Shown one piece after another: positions 37,204 through 46,631 of a DNA stretch of 64,000 nt (positions are counted from its first letter, which is position 1; each line of letters starts with the position of its first letter). Where the stretch lies: positions 139,860 through 203,859 of IMG/VR virus record IMGVR_UViG_3300008740_000001; one strand, given 5' to 3'. Source of the stretch: a virus. Taxonomy: Duplodnaviria > Caudoviricetes. The translations under genes and the position numbers were made by a program. The notes beneath the pieces were generated by a model. That model was not told the origin of the DNA, did not search any database, and saw nothing but the letters and a program-made list of their open reading frames with translations.

Positions 37204-38238
37204 GTGAAAAATATCATAAAATCAATTTTGTTCGCTATGTTGGCTGGGGTTACGACTACCGGCTGCATGCAGCCCGATTATGCCATAGTAGGCAAGGGCG
37301 AAACAGTATACGTAGAAGTACCGGGTGACGAGGTGATCGTCGAGGTAGAAGTGCCGGTGTATATTGAAGTAGAAGTGCCGGGTGAAACTGAGTACGGGGA
37401 GATATGGGTTGATCACTTTACTCAGCCTCTCAGTGTTGACGGAGTAGACATACTTTGGGTCATCGATACTTCTGGCTCAATGTATCGGTACGAAGATGAA
37501 CTAATGGCGGGGATCGAAGCAATGCTCGGAGCCTTGCCGGAATCAGGCTGGCGATTGGCCATGATTTCTAACGACCCCAGCAAAGCATTGATCGAAGCAC
37601 AATTTCCACTAGTGCCCGGAGATGATATTGACGACGCGACCGACATGTATAATGCAATGGGTCGCGGAGGATTTGAAGAAGGCTTCGACGCAGTGTACGA
37701 ATACATCGTTAATAATTCTTATGCAGCGACTTGGATGCGAACCGATGCGGCCCTACTAGTCGTGTTTGTATCAGACGAAGAAGAACAGAGCAACCAATAT
37801 ATGATCAATGTCAGTGACTTTACATCATGGTATGGTAGCTTGCGCGGCGGTTCTGCATTTACCTCTAGTATAGTAAATGTTGAGGCTGCAGACTCCGTGT
37901 GTCCTGCACCGCCTTCCACTATAAACATTGGACATCGCTATATGGAAGCCACCAATCATTTTGGCGGCATTATTGTGGATATCTGCGCCGAGGACTGGTC
38001 ACCGGGGGTTACAGACGCTTCCGCGCAAATAGAACCTCATGAGTTTTGGGAGCTTACCCATGTGCCTGCGCACGAAGCCACTATCCGTGTCTTTCATGAT
38101 GGAGTGCTGAATTGGGATTGGTACTATGAAGCTTCAGACAATACGGTTCAATTTACCGTTGTTCCATCGGGGAACGTGTTAGTTGAGATCGCTTATCATT
38201 ATGAGCCCGAGGAAGAAGACACGGGAGATACTGGGTAA
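37204..38238 (+). CDS. vWA-domain lipoprotein
   Basis: Lipobox TTTG-C; MIDAS DTSGS in DILWVIDTSGSM; FVSDEEE; EVPV/EVPG repeats. Confidence 0.8.
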   Translation: MKNIIKSILFAMLAGVTTTGCMQPDYAIVGKGETVYVEVPGDEVIVEVEVPVYIEVEVPGETEYGEIWVDHFTQPLSVDGVDILWVIDTSGSMYRYEDELMAGIEAMLGALPESGWRLAMISNDPSKALIEAQFPLVPGDDIDDATDMYNAMGRGGFEEGFDAVYEYIVNNSYAATWMRTDAALLVVFVSDEEEQSNQYMINVSDFTSWYGSLRGGSAFTSSIVNVEAADSVCPAPPSTINIGHRYMEATNHFGGIIVDICAEDWSPGVTDASAQIEPHEFWELTHVPAHEATIRVFHDGVLNWDWYYEASDNTVQFTVVPSGNVLVEIAYHYEPEEEDTGDTG

Positions 38239-38258
38239 ACCACTAGTTACACAATGTC

Positions 38259-38546
38259 ATGGAATTCTTTGTCCTCACTACTCTCTTTGGAGCCGGCGCA
38301 CTTTACTGTTTGGCTTTGTTCTTGATGGCCAAGGAGCGTGATCGTCGTGTCGAAACTTTGTTAACGAGTTATGCAAGAGATCTGGACGAGGTATATGCTC
38401 GCTATAATCACCCAGTAGTCATTGATAAAAATAACGTCATAAACGTGGATTTTACCGAAGTAGAGCCGTCAGATATAGAGTCCGCTTTAAAATACAAGCT
38501 GGTATATGACGAAGTTCTAGGCATCTACTATAAGACGCCGAGATAA
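38259..38546 (+). CDS. Membrane-anchored hypothetical protein
   Basis: N-terminal TM helix. Confidence 0.5.
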   Translation: MEFFVLTTLFGAGALYCLALFLMAKERDRRVETLLTSYARDLDEVYARYNHPVVIDKNNVINVDFTEVEPSDIESALKYKLVYDEVLGIYYKTPR

Positions 38547-38595
38547 AGATTAACCGTTTAGCGTACTATTTATTGCTGTACTTTGGGAGATTATT

Positions 38596-38823
38596 ATGTT
38601 ACAATGGTTAAGAGTAGATTCCAAAAGAATCCTGAAACTAGAATCTGAAGTTGAGGATCTAAAAAAAGAAGTGGACTATCTCAGGAATCAGAATAAAGCG
38701 ATGCTGGAGTACATCGAAAATATTAGTAAGTACGAAAAGCAATTGATAAACACAATAGAACAATTAACACAAGAATTATCAGGTAAATTAAATGATGCCG
38801 CAGGAGAAAAGTATGTCGGATGA
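38596..38823 (+). CDS. Coiled-coil hypothetical protein
   Basis: Heptad pattern; GGAG RBS. Confidence 0.5.
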   Translation: MLQWLRVDSKRILKLESEVEDLKKEVDYLRNQNKAMLEYIENISKYEKQLINTIEQLTQELSGKLNDAAGEKYVG

Positions 38824-39160
38824 GCCGAAATCAACAGAGGATGAGGTGCCCACCGATCCTGAAGATCTTAAACCAAAGCGCCCCTCCAAACGCGCTCCCG
38901 AGGGAATTCGTATGTTTACTGTGTGTAGGCAAAGCGACGAAACCGGAATTTCTGGAGAGGGCGTGGTGATCGAAGGCGTAACTTTCGCCACGGGACACAC
39001 GGTTATTCACTGGCTAACACCGGCTCCTCGCGGGTCTATCGCTTTCTTTGATGCTTACGATGATTTCATCAAGATACACGTCACTAGTCACCCGTCCAAC
39101 AATACGATCATCACTTTCGAAGACGGGGAGCAAACTCTGTATGAAGGGAAGGAGTTGTAG
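38792..39160 (+). CDS. Conserved phage hypothetical protein
   Basis: DETGISGEGVVIEGVTF..G..VIHW motif. Confidence 0.6.
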   Translation: MMPQEKSMSDEPKSTEDEVPTDPEDLKPKRPSKRAPEGIRMFTVCRQSDETGISGEGVVIEGVTFATGHTVIHWLTPAPRGSIAFFDAYDDFIKIHVTSHPSNNTIITFEDGEQTLYEGKEL

Positions 39161-40570
39161 ATGGCATACGGCTTTCGACATGGCCACCTTGATATTTCCG
39201 GTTCAGTGGCTTCCGATGACATATCCTACATGGACGACTCGGATACCCTCATCGACTTTGGCAGTGACAGGATCAAGCTTAAGACGAACAATACTAGCCG
39301 ACTAGAGGTTGGAAACAATCGAATATCGATTAAAGACCAGCTAGTTGTTGGCTCAGTTGACGTAGGTACATGGGCGCTAACTCCCCCAAGCGAAGATGTT
39401 CTTCACGTTCAAGATGGTACGGTCGTTTTTCAACGGAATAGTGCAGATGCTTTTGGCCTGACTCTAGCTTTTAACAAAAGTCGCAATGCCACAGACGGCT
39501 CCAACACCATTGTTCAAGACAACGACGCGATTGGATATATTCACTTTATGGGAAATGATGGCGCAGGGTACGAAGAACTAGCCTGCATCCAAGCGTCAGT
39601 CGATGGCACCCCCGGCAGCGATGACATGCCCGGTCGCCTTGAATTCAGCACCACACCAGATGGAGACAACGAGGTTGTCGAGAGAATGAGGATTGATTCA
39701 ACAGGTAAGGTTGGAATTGGTACGACTAACCCGACTAACAAACTTCACGTATACGGTAATTCATCAAACGAATATGTCGCGCTTATTGATAACGACCAAT
39801 CTGGTCAAGGACATGTCCTAAAGATTTCTTCAGATGGAGTGGGCACTGACACTGATATTTTCTTAGCGGAATCTGGAAACGGCACAGTATTCAAAATCAG
39901 AGGTGATGGAAGGGTTGGTATCGGTGTAGCCACCCCCGGCTCGACATTATCTGTAGATGATGAAATAGCCGTTGGCGAAAAACTGATTCACAGAGGAGAT
40001 CCTGACACATACCTCCAGTTTCCGGGGCAAAATCAAATAAACTTGGTTGCTAATGGACACTCTTTCCTAAAGTATGACGGCAACATTAAAATAAATAACG
40101 CAAATCGAGATCGCGACACACAAATCATGGCGGACGATGGCGCAGTTGTATTGCATGTTGACGCTGGAGATAACACAGTTGGTATCGCAACGACTTCCCC
40201 GAAGTCTACTTTGTCTGTCGCTGGCTCACTAGCAATAAACGTTACTGGTATAAACTCTAGCAATGATCCCGGCACCACGTATTCAATGGCGGCTACCGAC
40301 TGTGTATTGCTGATCAACACTCGCGCCGCCAACGAGGGCGGGATTGACAGCGCGATAACAGTAACCTTGCCGGCGGCCGCAAGTTTCCCCGGCAGAGTGG
40401 TTACGATCAAGGATGCGGCAGGCAACGCAGACAATAATGCCATCACCATTTCCCGTGCTGGAAGTGACACGATCAATGGAATCGATCAGACTGTTACTTT
40501 ATCTACGCCATCTAGTTATAAGACACTTATATCGGACGGCGTGGATTCATGGCAGGAAATTGGAAGCTAA
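39161..40570 (+). CDS. Tail-fibre-like structural protein
   Basis: Three VGI(G/A)(T/V)(T/A).P repeats; C-terminal VTLPAAA..IKDAAG..DTING domain. Confidence 0.65.
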   Translation: MAYGFRHGHLDISGSVASDDISYMDDSDTLIDFGSDRIKLKTNNTSRLEVGNNRISIKDQLVVGSVDVGTWALTPPSEDVLHVQDGTVVFQRNSADAFGLTLAFNKSRNATDGSNTIVQDNDAIGYIHFMGNDGAGYEELACIQASVDGTPGSDDMPGRLEFSTTPDGDNEVVERMRIDSTGKVGIGTTNPTNKLHVYGNSSNEYVALIDNDQSGQGHVLKISSDGVGTDTDIFLAESGNGTVFKIRGDGRVGIGVATPGSTLSVDDEIAVGEKLIHRGDPDTYLQFPGQNQINLVANGHSFLKYDGNIKINNANRDRDTQIMADDGAVVLHVDAGDNTVGIATTSPKSTLSVAGSLAINVTGINSSNDPGTTYSMAATDCVLLINTRAANEGGIDSAITVTLPAAASFPGRVVTIKDAAGNADNNAITISRAGSDTINGIDQTVTLSTPSSYKTLISDGVDSWQEIGS

Positions 40571-40587
40571 CAAGGATACTTATAGAT

Positions 40588-41547
40588 ATGGAAGACTGGA
40601 ATGATTTTAAGCGCATGATACGAGAGGTGGCGGAACCTACCCCCTTCAAGAGCGCAGCACAAAAGAGATATAAGAAGCTAAGAAAGAAGAACGATATTTA
40701 CTCGTCACCGGCTGGACACAAGAATCTGAGCAGTGGAAGTCCGTTTAGCGGAAAAACCCAACGAGCCGGAACTGACAGGCTGCGCTTCGAAGAAGAAGTT
40801 GATCCAAGCAGTATCGACTTGTCTAGCTTTGAAATTCAGGATGATTTGGAACGAAACTTGTGGTCTGCGAAAGATGAACTTAAACCACTGATGCGCGAGT
40901 ATATGCTGAAGATCGCACTAGACTTTATCGAAAGTTTGGATATCCCAGTCAAGGTTACTGATATAAGGCTGACTGGTTCTATCGCAAATTTTAACTGGTC
41001 AAAGTATTCTGATGTTGATCTTCACATTATTGTAGACTTTTCAGATTATGGCGACGAGGAAGAACTTGTGCGAGGCTATTTCGATGGCAAGCGCATTGTC
41101 TGGAACAACAATCATGATATTAAATTAGCTGGCTATGATGTCGAACTTTACGTTGAAGGCGACGACGATGTGCATATTTCAACCGGCATGTATTCGGTTA
41201 TTCACAACAAGTGGTTAACGAAGCCAACAAAAGAAGAGAAGGCTATAGAGTATGACTTGATCCGACAGAAGGCTGCTGGCTTAATGGATATGATCGAAGC
41301 TGCACAAGAAACCTTGCAGCGCAAAGATTACAAAGCCGCACATTTGTTTTCTGAAAAACTAAAAGAGAAGATTCGCAATATGAGAAAGTGCGGCTTGGAA
41401 AAGGCTGGCGCCTACTCCGTTGAGAACTTGTCTTTCAAGGTACTAAGAAGAAACGGATACCTAGGCATGCTATCGGATGTTAAGAATAAGGCGTATGATG
41501 GACTGCACACGCACGATCCCCAAGGGGGCATAGTGATTAAGGTGTGA
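40588..41547 (+). CDS. DNA-polymerase-beta-superfamily nucleotidyltransferase
   Basis: LTGSIANFNWSKYSDVDLH (GS..DxD) and DVELYVE; start inferred at 40588. Confidence 0.75.
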   Translation: MEDWNDFKRMIREVAEPTPFKSAAQKRYKKLRKKNDIYSSPAGHKNLSSGSPFSGKTQRAGTDRLRFEEEVDPSSIDLSSFEIQDDLERNLWSAKDELKPLMREYMLKIALDFIESLDIPVKVTDIRLTGSIANFNWSKYSDVDLHIIVDFSDYGDEEELVRGYFDGKRIVWNNNHDIKLAGYDVELYVEGDDDVHISTGMYSVIHNKWLTKPTKEEKAIEYDLIRQKAAGLMDMIEAAQETLQRKDYKAAHLFSEKLKEKIRNMRKCGLEKAGAYSVENLSFKVLRRNGYLGMLSDVKNKAYDGLHTHDPQGGIVIKV

Positions 41548-41819
41548 GGTATAGCTATAAAATTGGCGACTTAGTAGAGATTCGGCACCCTTACGGTAGT
41601 GAGGAGTGCAGCTATACGATAGGGCTAATTTTAGCTGTCAATAGAATACCTATTGAGTCGCCTCTTAATTCCGAGCGTACAAAATATAAAATTTATTGGT
41701 TGACAAGTGCCGGAAAATATGTTAAAAATTGGATAGACGCTGAAAAGATTTCACTGATTGTTGCCGTGGAGGGCAACGAAGCAAGATACGCACAATATAG
41801 AGCAAAAGATGAGCGATGA
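41544..41819 (+). CDS. Small SH3/KOW-like family protein
   Basis: YKIGDLVEI..IGLIL..IYW. Confidence 0.6.
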   Translation: MRYSYKIGDLVEIRHPYGSEECSYTIGLILAVNRIPIESPLNSERTKYKIYWLTSAGKYVKNWIDAEKISLIVAVEGNEARYAQYRAKDER

Positions 41820-42147
41820 ATTTACAGTAGATGATAGACTCCTGACAATACAATTCTTGGGCGTACTACACACATGGCTGCAAGAGACGAAAGCAGAAAA
41901 AGAAAGAGAATTGGAACTATTGCAGTTGCAAGAGGGAATAGTAAAGATCATGTTCGCAAGAATTTCAAGGCCGGAGGATTTCCACACCGAAGAAGTCATT
42001 GAGGCCGGCGAGAAAGTATTCTCAGAGAACTGGGAAGAAATGCTAGAGCAAGAAATAAAGAAGCTGAATGAATCAGAGCCTCTCCCCGAAACCGAGAGGG
42101 ACAACATTATTGATTTTTCAGCATGGAAAAAAAAGGATGAGGACTGA
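41809..42147 (+). CDS. Hypothetical protein
   Basis: C-terminal NIIDFSAWKKK; start inferred. Confidence 0.55.
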   Translation: MSDEFTVDDRLLTIQFLGVLHTWLQETKAEKERELELLQLQEGIVKIMFARISRPEDFHTEEVIEAGEKVFSENWEEMLEQEIKKLNESEPLPETERDNIIDFSAWKKKDED

Positions 42148-42380
42148 TGACAATTAGAATAGGCGACTTGGTAGAGCACTGTGAATATCCGGGCTACCGA
42201 GGTATAGTGAGAGAGGTTCTCGCAACACGCGGGAATGGCAAGGCTCGTACCATAAAGGTTAGTTGGTTCCCTCCCCTGTCTGATGCATCTCCTAAGCAAC
42301 GCTGGCAAACAATGCACGTTGAAGGCACAACAAGCGTGTCGGTGTTGGATGTAAGGCAGATTTCAGCCTTGGGCACTTAA
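42147..42380 (+). CDS. Small SH3/KOW-like family protein
   Basis: IRIGDLV..RGIV..VSW. Confidence 0.6.
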   Translation: MTIRIGDLVEHCEYPGYRGIVREVLATRGNGKARTIKVSWFPPLSDASPKQRWQTMHVEGTTSVSVLDVRQISALGT

Positions 42381-42664
42381 TGATGGCTGGCATCGTCGGC
42401 GCCCTAGTACAACTTAAGAACTGGCAATCGTCAAAAGACGGGAAGTCTCAAAGTGGGATAATCCTCTCAAAGCCTTTGCCTGCATCGCGGTTGTATCATC
42501 ATGACTTTCTGGATGGTTATCGTCCAGATTGGGATCGATTTGGGTTCATGGAGCCGCACCACCCGGCCAACACTATGGATAACATGGTGCTTGTTTATTG
42601 GCCAAGCAATTCAACTGAGCGTTGGCACTTGATGAAAGATTTAGAATTTTTAAGTATGCCGTGA
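42380..42664 (+). CDS. Small SH3/KOW-like family protein
   Basis: VGALV..SGII..VYW..LEFLS. Confidence 0.6.
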   Translation: MMAGIVGALVQLKNWQSSKDGKSQSGIILSKPLPASRLYHHDFLDGYRPDWDRFGFMEPHHPANTMDNMVLVYWPSNSTERWHLMKDLEFLSMP

Positions 42665-42674
42665 TAGTTACTAT

Positions 42675-42971
42675 GTGGGTGACTGTGAGACTATCAAGCC
42701 AAAGAAGGGCGATTTAGTAAGGTGGATTTATGATTATGCTTTGTATGCAGCTGACGACAAAGGCAACGCTTGGCCTCACGATCCACAATATGAATACGGC
42801 GTGATCATGGAAGTTTCACACTCAGACCCACATGCCATAATAGTTTTTAGTACAACGACTAAGATGTGGCATGTTGCTCATATGGTTGACGACGACATCG
42901 AAATCATCAGCGAGTCCAGAAACAAGGTGGTGATTCCCACCGCCGAGGAGATCAAGAAGTATGAAAAGTAA
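42675..42971 (+). CDS. Small SH3/KOW-like family protein
   Basis: KKGDLV..YGVI..IEIISESR. Confidence 0.6.
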   Translation: MGDCETIKPKKGDLVRWIYDYALYAADDKGNAWPHDPQYEYGVIMEVSHSDPHAIIVFSTTTKMWHVAHMVDDDIEIISESRNKVVIPTAEEIKKYEK

Positions 42972-43047
42972 ACTTTTCGACGAGATCAGGGGCGAGAATG
43001 AGTTAAAAACTTTGCGCCAAAATTTTCCTCTTTGGCAGACAGGTAGG

Positions 43048-43076
43048 TTGACATGAACGCACAGGCGGGTTATAAT
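43048..43076 (+). promoter_or_regulatory. sigma70-type promoter (leaderless start at 43083)
   Basis: TTGACA-17-TATAAT. Confidence 0.75.
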
Positions 43077-43082
43077 AATGGT

Positions 43083-43271
43083 ATGAATTGGGATAGAATC
43101 ATAGAAGTGGGTGATTTGGTGAAGGTTGTGCCAAGCAGTTATACGCTTAGGGATGAAATACTTACAGGCATCGTGATAAAAAAGATGAAAACCTGCGGGT
43201 TTTTTATCGTTTATCATAATGGTATTTATCACCAAAACGTCCACCTTGAAGAAATGGAGAAGTATCCTTAA
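43083..43271 (+). CDS. Small SH3/KOW-like family protein
   Basis: EVGDLVKV..TGIV. Confidence 0.6.
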   Translation: MNWDRIIEVGDLVKVVPSSYTLRDEILTGIVIKKMKTCGFFIVYHNGIYHQNVHLEEMEKYP

Positions 43272-43456
43272 TGTGGGAAGAAGTGTTTTACAAAGTAAAG
43301 TATCTAGACAAGAGCACAAACGCTTCTATGCAGGCACTCATAAGTGCACCACCATCAAAAACTATTGAGAGAGTACGCGAAATATTATCAGAAGTATATC
43401 CTCGATGGGAAATCGAGAGCATTACGGTGACTCTATATACGCCGATAGACAAGTAA
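43271..43456 (+). CDS. Hypothetical protein
   Basis: TAATG-coupled ORF. Confidence 0.45.
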   Translation: MWEEVFYKVKYLDKSTNASMQALISAPPSKTIERVREILSEVYPRWEIESITVTLYTPIDK

Positions 43457-43483
43457 AATCGTTCCCGCGCCTCTACTTAGTGC

Positions 43484-43801
43484 GTGGGCGATTCAAACAT
43501 AAAAAAGGGCGTGCTTGTGCGCCCTGTGGTATTTTTTAGTCAATGGCTGGGAGTAGTGTTGACCGACCCTGTGCAGTATGTGCCAACCGATAATGAACTG
43601 GAAATGGCCGGTTACGCGCCAACTCAAGAGTTTTATTGGGAAGGGGTCGAAGTTGTCAACGTATATTGGTTTACTGAGGGGATGGCCTCCGAAGAATTTA
43701 TAGACTTTCTGGAGGTAGTGTCGCCACCTGTTGACCACCTCGATGACCCCGATTTTGCTGAAAAAATGTTCAATTTTTACTGGACAGACGACGATGATTA
43801 G
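43484..43801 (+). CDS. SH3/KOW-like family protein
   Basis: KKGVLV..LGVV..VYW..LEVVS. Confidence 0.55.
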   Translation: MGDSNIKKGVLVRPVVFFSQWLGVVLTDPVQYVPTDNELEMAGYAPTQEFYWEGVEVVNVYWFTEGMASEEFIDFLEVVSPPVDHLDDPDFAEKMFNFYWTDDDD

Positions 43802-43834
43802 GTTATAATATACTATGTAATCTAGGAGAGCTTT

Positions 43835-44323
43835 GTGAAAATTGTTTTTTTGCATGGACTGGAATCAAGTCCCAACTCGGCAAAGGTAAAATTTCTGCGC
43901 GAACAAGGTCACGAGGTGCTGGCACCCCGTCTTGATCGAAACGATTGGGAACAGTCTGTTATGGCGGCTCGTGATGCTATCACTGCTTTCCAACCCGATG
44001 TGGTCGTTGGCTCGTCTAGGGGCGGTGCTGTTGCTATGGTCGCAAGAGTCTCACCCATTCCAACAATCCTAATCGCACCTGCATGGAAGAAATACGCGCC
44101 TTGGGCCACCATCAGCGGGAGCACAGTGATTCTTCATTCTTCACAAGACTGGATTGTGCCCTTTGCAGACTCGGAAGAACTCGCCCGTACTTTCGGTGCT
44201 AAACTTTATGACGTTGGCGAGGACCATCGCATGAACGACCCAGAGGCACTTAGTGCCTTGGCTGTGGGCCTTGATTGGCAGGGACATGGCTGGTTTAGTA
44301 AAAATCTTCAAGATAACACTTGA
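43835..44323 (+). CDS. Alpha/beta hydrolase (YqiA-like esterase)
   Basis: FLHGLES, GSSRGG nucleophile elbow, D..VP, DH. Confidence 0.85.
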   Translation: MKIVFLHGLESSPNSAKVKFLREQGHEVLAPRLDRNDWEQSVMAARDAITAFQPDVVVGSSRGGAVAMVARVSPIPTILIAPAWKKYAPWATISGSTVILHSSQDWIVPFADSEELARTFGAKLYDVGEDHRMNDPEALSALAVGLDWQGHGWFSKNLQDNT

Positions 44324-44348
44324 CATTTGAATCTATCTGATATATATT
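44320..44348 (+). promoter_or_regulatory. sigma70-type promoter
   Basis: TTGACA-17-TATATT. Confidence 0.7.
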
Positions 44349-44356
44349 ATAGGTGA

Positions 44357-44623
44357 GTGACAAAAGATATGTCTGACCAACTGATAAATCACGCTAGCGG
44401 ATCGATGCCGCAGCTTACCCTTTTTGAGAGTGCCCAACTAGGACTAATGGCCTTCGTCGGAGGGCTAGCGATGGATGCCCAACTCGATGCCATTATCCCG
44501 ACTATCCGCGAATCAGAGCGTTTGAAGTTGGATGGCACTGTAACCCAACATGAAGTAGCTTTGCTAGACGCCTTTATTGCACAGGCGCTGCGCGATCTGC
44601 CTCCCGTTGCAGAGGATGTATAA
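44357..44623 (+). CDS. Hypothetical protein
   Basis: Downstream of promoter. Confidence 0.5.
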   Translation: MTKDMSDQLINHASGSMPQLTLFESAQLGLMAFVGGLAMDAQLDAIIPTIRESERLKLDGTVTQHEVALLDAFIAQALRDLPPVAEDV

Positions 44624-44898
44624 TGAAAACCGTTATTGTCGTTGACACTGACGATCCAAAGGGGATGGAGAGTACCCGGCGTATTGTGGACAACCTGTTG
44701 ACCACCTATCATCACCGCAGTATTGAAGCCGGTGATCCATTCTCTGGCAAGATCCAGTTCATCAAGCACTTGCGAGCATATGTAAAGTTCTGTGAGGAAA
44801 ACTGGCCCGATGACTGGCAAAATCAGATCGGCAACCTTAAGACCTCGAAGGGATACGCGGATACCCTCAAACTTTTCCAACGTGCAGGTAACCTGTGA
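44623..44898 (+). CDS. Hypothetical protein
   Basis: TAATG-coupled; GAGG RBS. Confidence 0.55.
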   Translation: MKTVIVVDTDDPKGMESTRRIVDNLLTTYHHRSIEAGDPFSGKIQFIKHLRAYVKFCEENWPDDWQNQIGNLKTSKGYADTLKLFQRAGNL

Positions 44899-45116
44899 GT
44901 CAGAGCCAGCACTACTATAATCCGCAAGTGGGCGATTTGGTGCGAATCATCGAGGGTACACACGATCCGAGCATGCCCGAAGATCGTATTGGTCTGATCG
45001 TGGAGATTCTGCAACAGGAACCGGGAGACGCCCCGCGCAGTCACGATACTTTTATGGTCAAGTTTGGCACCCGTACCTTGAAGTTCCACAAGATGTGGCT
45101 TGAAAAAGTCTCTTGA
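44895..45116 (+). CDS. Small SH3/KOW-like family protein
   Basis: QVGDLVRI..IGLIV..LEKVS. Confidence 0.65.
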   Translation: MSQSQHYYNPQVGDLVRIIEGTHDPSMPEDRIGLIVEILQQEPGDAPRSHDTFMVKFGTRTLKFHKMWLEKVS

Positions 45117-45167
45117 CATCTTTTTGACAAAAAACCCCTTGCACCTCGCGCTAGCCTGTGCTATATT
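45113..45167 (+). promoter_or_regulatory. Triple-box promoter copy 1
   Basis: TTGACA-5-TTGACA-9-TTGCAC-17-TATATT. Confidence 0.8.
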
Positions 45168-45192
45168 ATATACATGATTTACGGAGAGTGTC

Positions 45193-45525
45193 ATGTCTGA
45201 TTTTTATGTGAGCCGAATCGACGTTCGGGCTGGTGATCCTACTGCTGGCGAGCCCGCTGTTGTTGCAGAGGAGGTCGTCCTGACCCTCAAAGCGCCATAT
45301 CATGCTGCGGAGCGTAGTTACCAAAAGTTCCGCGCTTTGGGCATTGAGAACATTGGGCTGTACGAGTATTCTTTGAACAAAAAGTCTTACGCGGCTAGCC
45401 TCAAAGCGCAGAAGCGCAGGAAGTTCAAGAAGATCACGCTGGCTGACGTGGCAAAGGATTTGCAAGAGTTTATGGAGGAAGGCAAGCCCGATGCCGATCA
45501 AGAAACACACACTGAAAAGGGGTGA
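45193..45525 (+). CDS. Hypothetical protein
   Basis: GGAG RBS. Confidence 0.55.
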   Translation: MSDFYVSRIDVRAGDPTAGEPAVVAEEVVLTLKAPYHAAERSYQKFRALGIENIGLYEYSLNKKSYAASLKAQKRRKFKKITLADVAKDLQEFMEEGKPDADQETHTEKG

Positions 45526-45715
45526 TCTTGTTCGGCTTCGCACAGGCTGGCCCGAACATTGGCGTTATGGAATCGTGTTGCGAGTGAACAACCACAACCC
45601 TGAATGGCCACACTGTGATATACACTTTTTTCAAACACCAACATCAGAATCAAAACAATCTAACATCAATCAATATCTAACTGGACTGGAGAAGATAAAT
45701 GAGCAACACATTTGA
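45491..45715 (+). CDS. Small SH3/KOW-like family protein
   Basis: KRGDLVRL..YGIV. Confidence 0.6.
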   Translation: MPIKKHTLKRGDLVRLRTGWPEHWRYGIVLRVNNHNPEWPHCDIHFFQTPTSESKQSNINQYLTGLEKINEQHI

Positions 45716-45929
45716 AATCGGTGAGGCTGTCGTGGTCGATACCCGCAACTATTTGCAACACACAGAAGGCATCGTGATTGACGCATCATCGTCGGTCGAT
45801 GGGTGCAGCGAGGATATGTATACGGTCGAGGTCGAAAACCACGGTACGCATTTCTTCTATGGGTCTGATCTCCGAGCGGCAGCACCGGATGAACCTGAAG
45901 AAGAACCGGAGTGGAGGATTGCACTGTGA
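45699..45929 (+). CDS. Small SH3/KOW-like family protein
   Basis: EIGEAV..EGIV..YTVEV. Confidence 0.55.
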   Translation: MSNTFEIGEAVVVDTRNYLQHTEGIVIDASSSVDGCSEDMYTVEVENHGTHFFYGSDLRAAAPDEPEEEPEWRIAL

Positions 45930-46183
45930 AGTTGTCAAGCAAACAGATGCGCTCGCTCCACCAGCTTGTAAAGCACGAGGTGGAAACAATGGGCGCAGCG
46001 TGGAACATTGACGAGGAGGAGTACCAGCAGGACATTCGGGAAGTGTTGGGAGTGATCGAGGCTACGCAATCGCAAAGTAAACTTGTAGCTCAGGCTGCTG
46101 AGACAAGACGAGCCAGAGTTAGTGCAACGTCTGCACCCGAGCAGGTGTGGCCCAAACCAATAAATGATCCCGCCGACTGGTAG
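45911..46183 (+). CDS. Hypothetical protein
   Basis: GGAGG upstream of an internal GTG. Confidence 0.45.
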   Translation: MEDCTVKLSSKQMRSLHQLVKHEVETMGAAWNIDEEEYQQDIREVLGVIEATQSQSKLVAQAAETRRARVSATSAPEQVWPKPINDPADW

Positions 46184-46505
46184 GAGGCAAAAGAATATGC
46201 CAATGTGGAAACTAAACGAGAAGGTTGTTTGTCGTGATGGGTTTGAAGCCAGCATCCAAGCAAATGAAGGTGCATACTGTACGCCAAGAGTCACAGATGC
46301 AGATAACTATACAGCAGTCGAGATCGGCTTTCCAAGCCAGCGAGAAGAACTGATTATAGAATGGGCCGAAGATCCTCACCGCCCGACCGAGACTGTGTAT
46401 GGCTGGGTTCCTGTCGATAGGGCCTCGCTTATGATCGCCAAACATGGAGGCATCGTATCTGGTGAGGTTCCACCCGGTGTCATTCGACTGGAGGCCAAAA
46501 AGTAA
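46164..46505 (+). CDS. Conserved phage hypothetical protein (start probably 46197)
   Basis: C.DGF..SIQA..YC.PR..VEIGFPS..TVYGWVP. Confidence 0.65.
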   Translation: MIPPTGRRQKNMPMWKLNEKVVCRDGFEASIQANEGAYCTPRVTDADNYTAVEIGFPSQREELIIEWAEDPHRPTETVYGWVPVDRASLMIAKHGGIVSGEVPPGVIRLEAKK

Positions 46506-46541
46506 ACTTTGGCATTTCTCAAAGTTGTGAGATTAGATTAT

Positions 46542-46626
46542 GGCGCGGTGGTGGAATCGGTATACACAGCAGACTTAAAATCTGCCGCTTTTTAGCTTGC
46601 GGGTTCGAGTCCCGCCCGCGCTACCA
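46542..46626 (+). tRNA. tRNA-Leu(TAA)
   Basis: Acceptor GGCGCGG/CCGCGCT, anticodon arm GCAGA-CTTAAAA-TCTGC, long variable arm, T arm GCGGG-TTCGAGT-CCCGC, CCA. Confidence 0.95.
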
Positions 46627-46631
46627 TTTTT

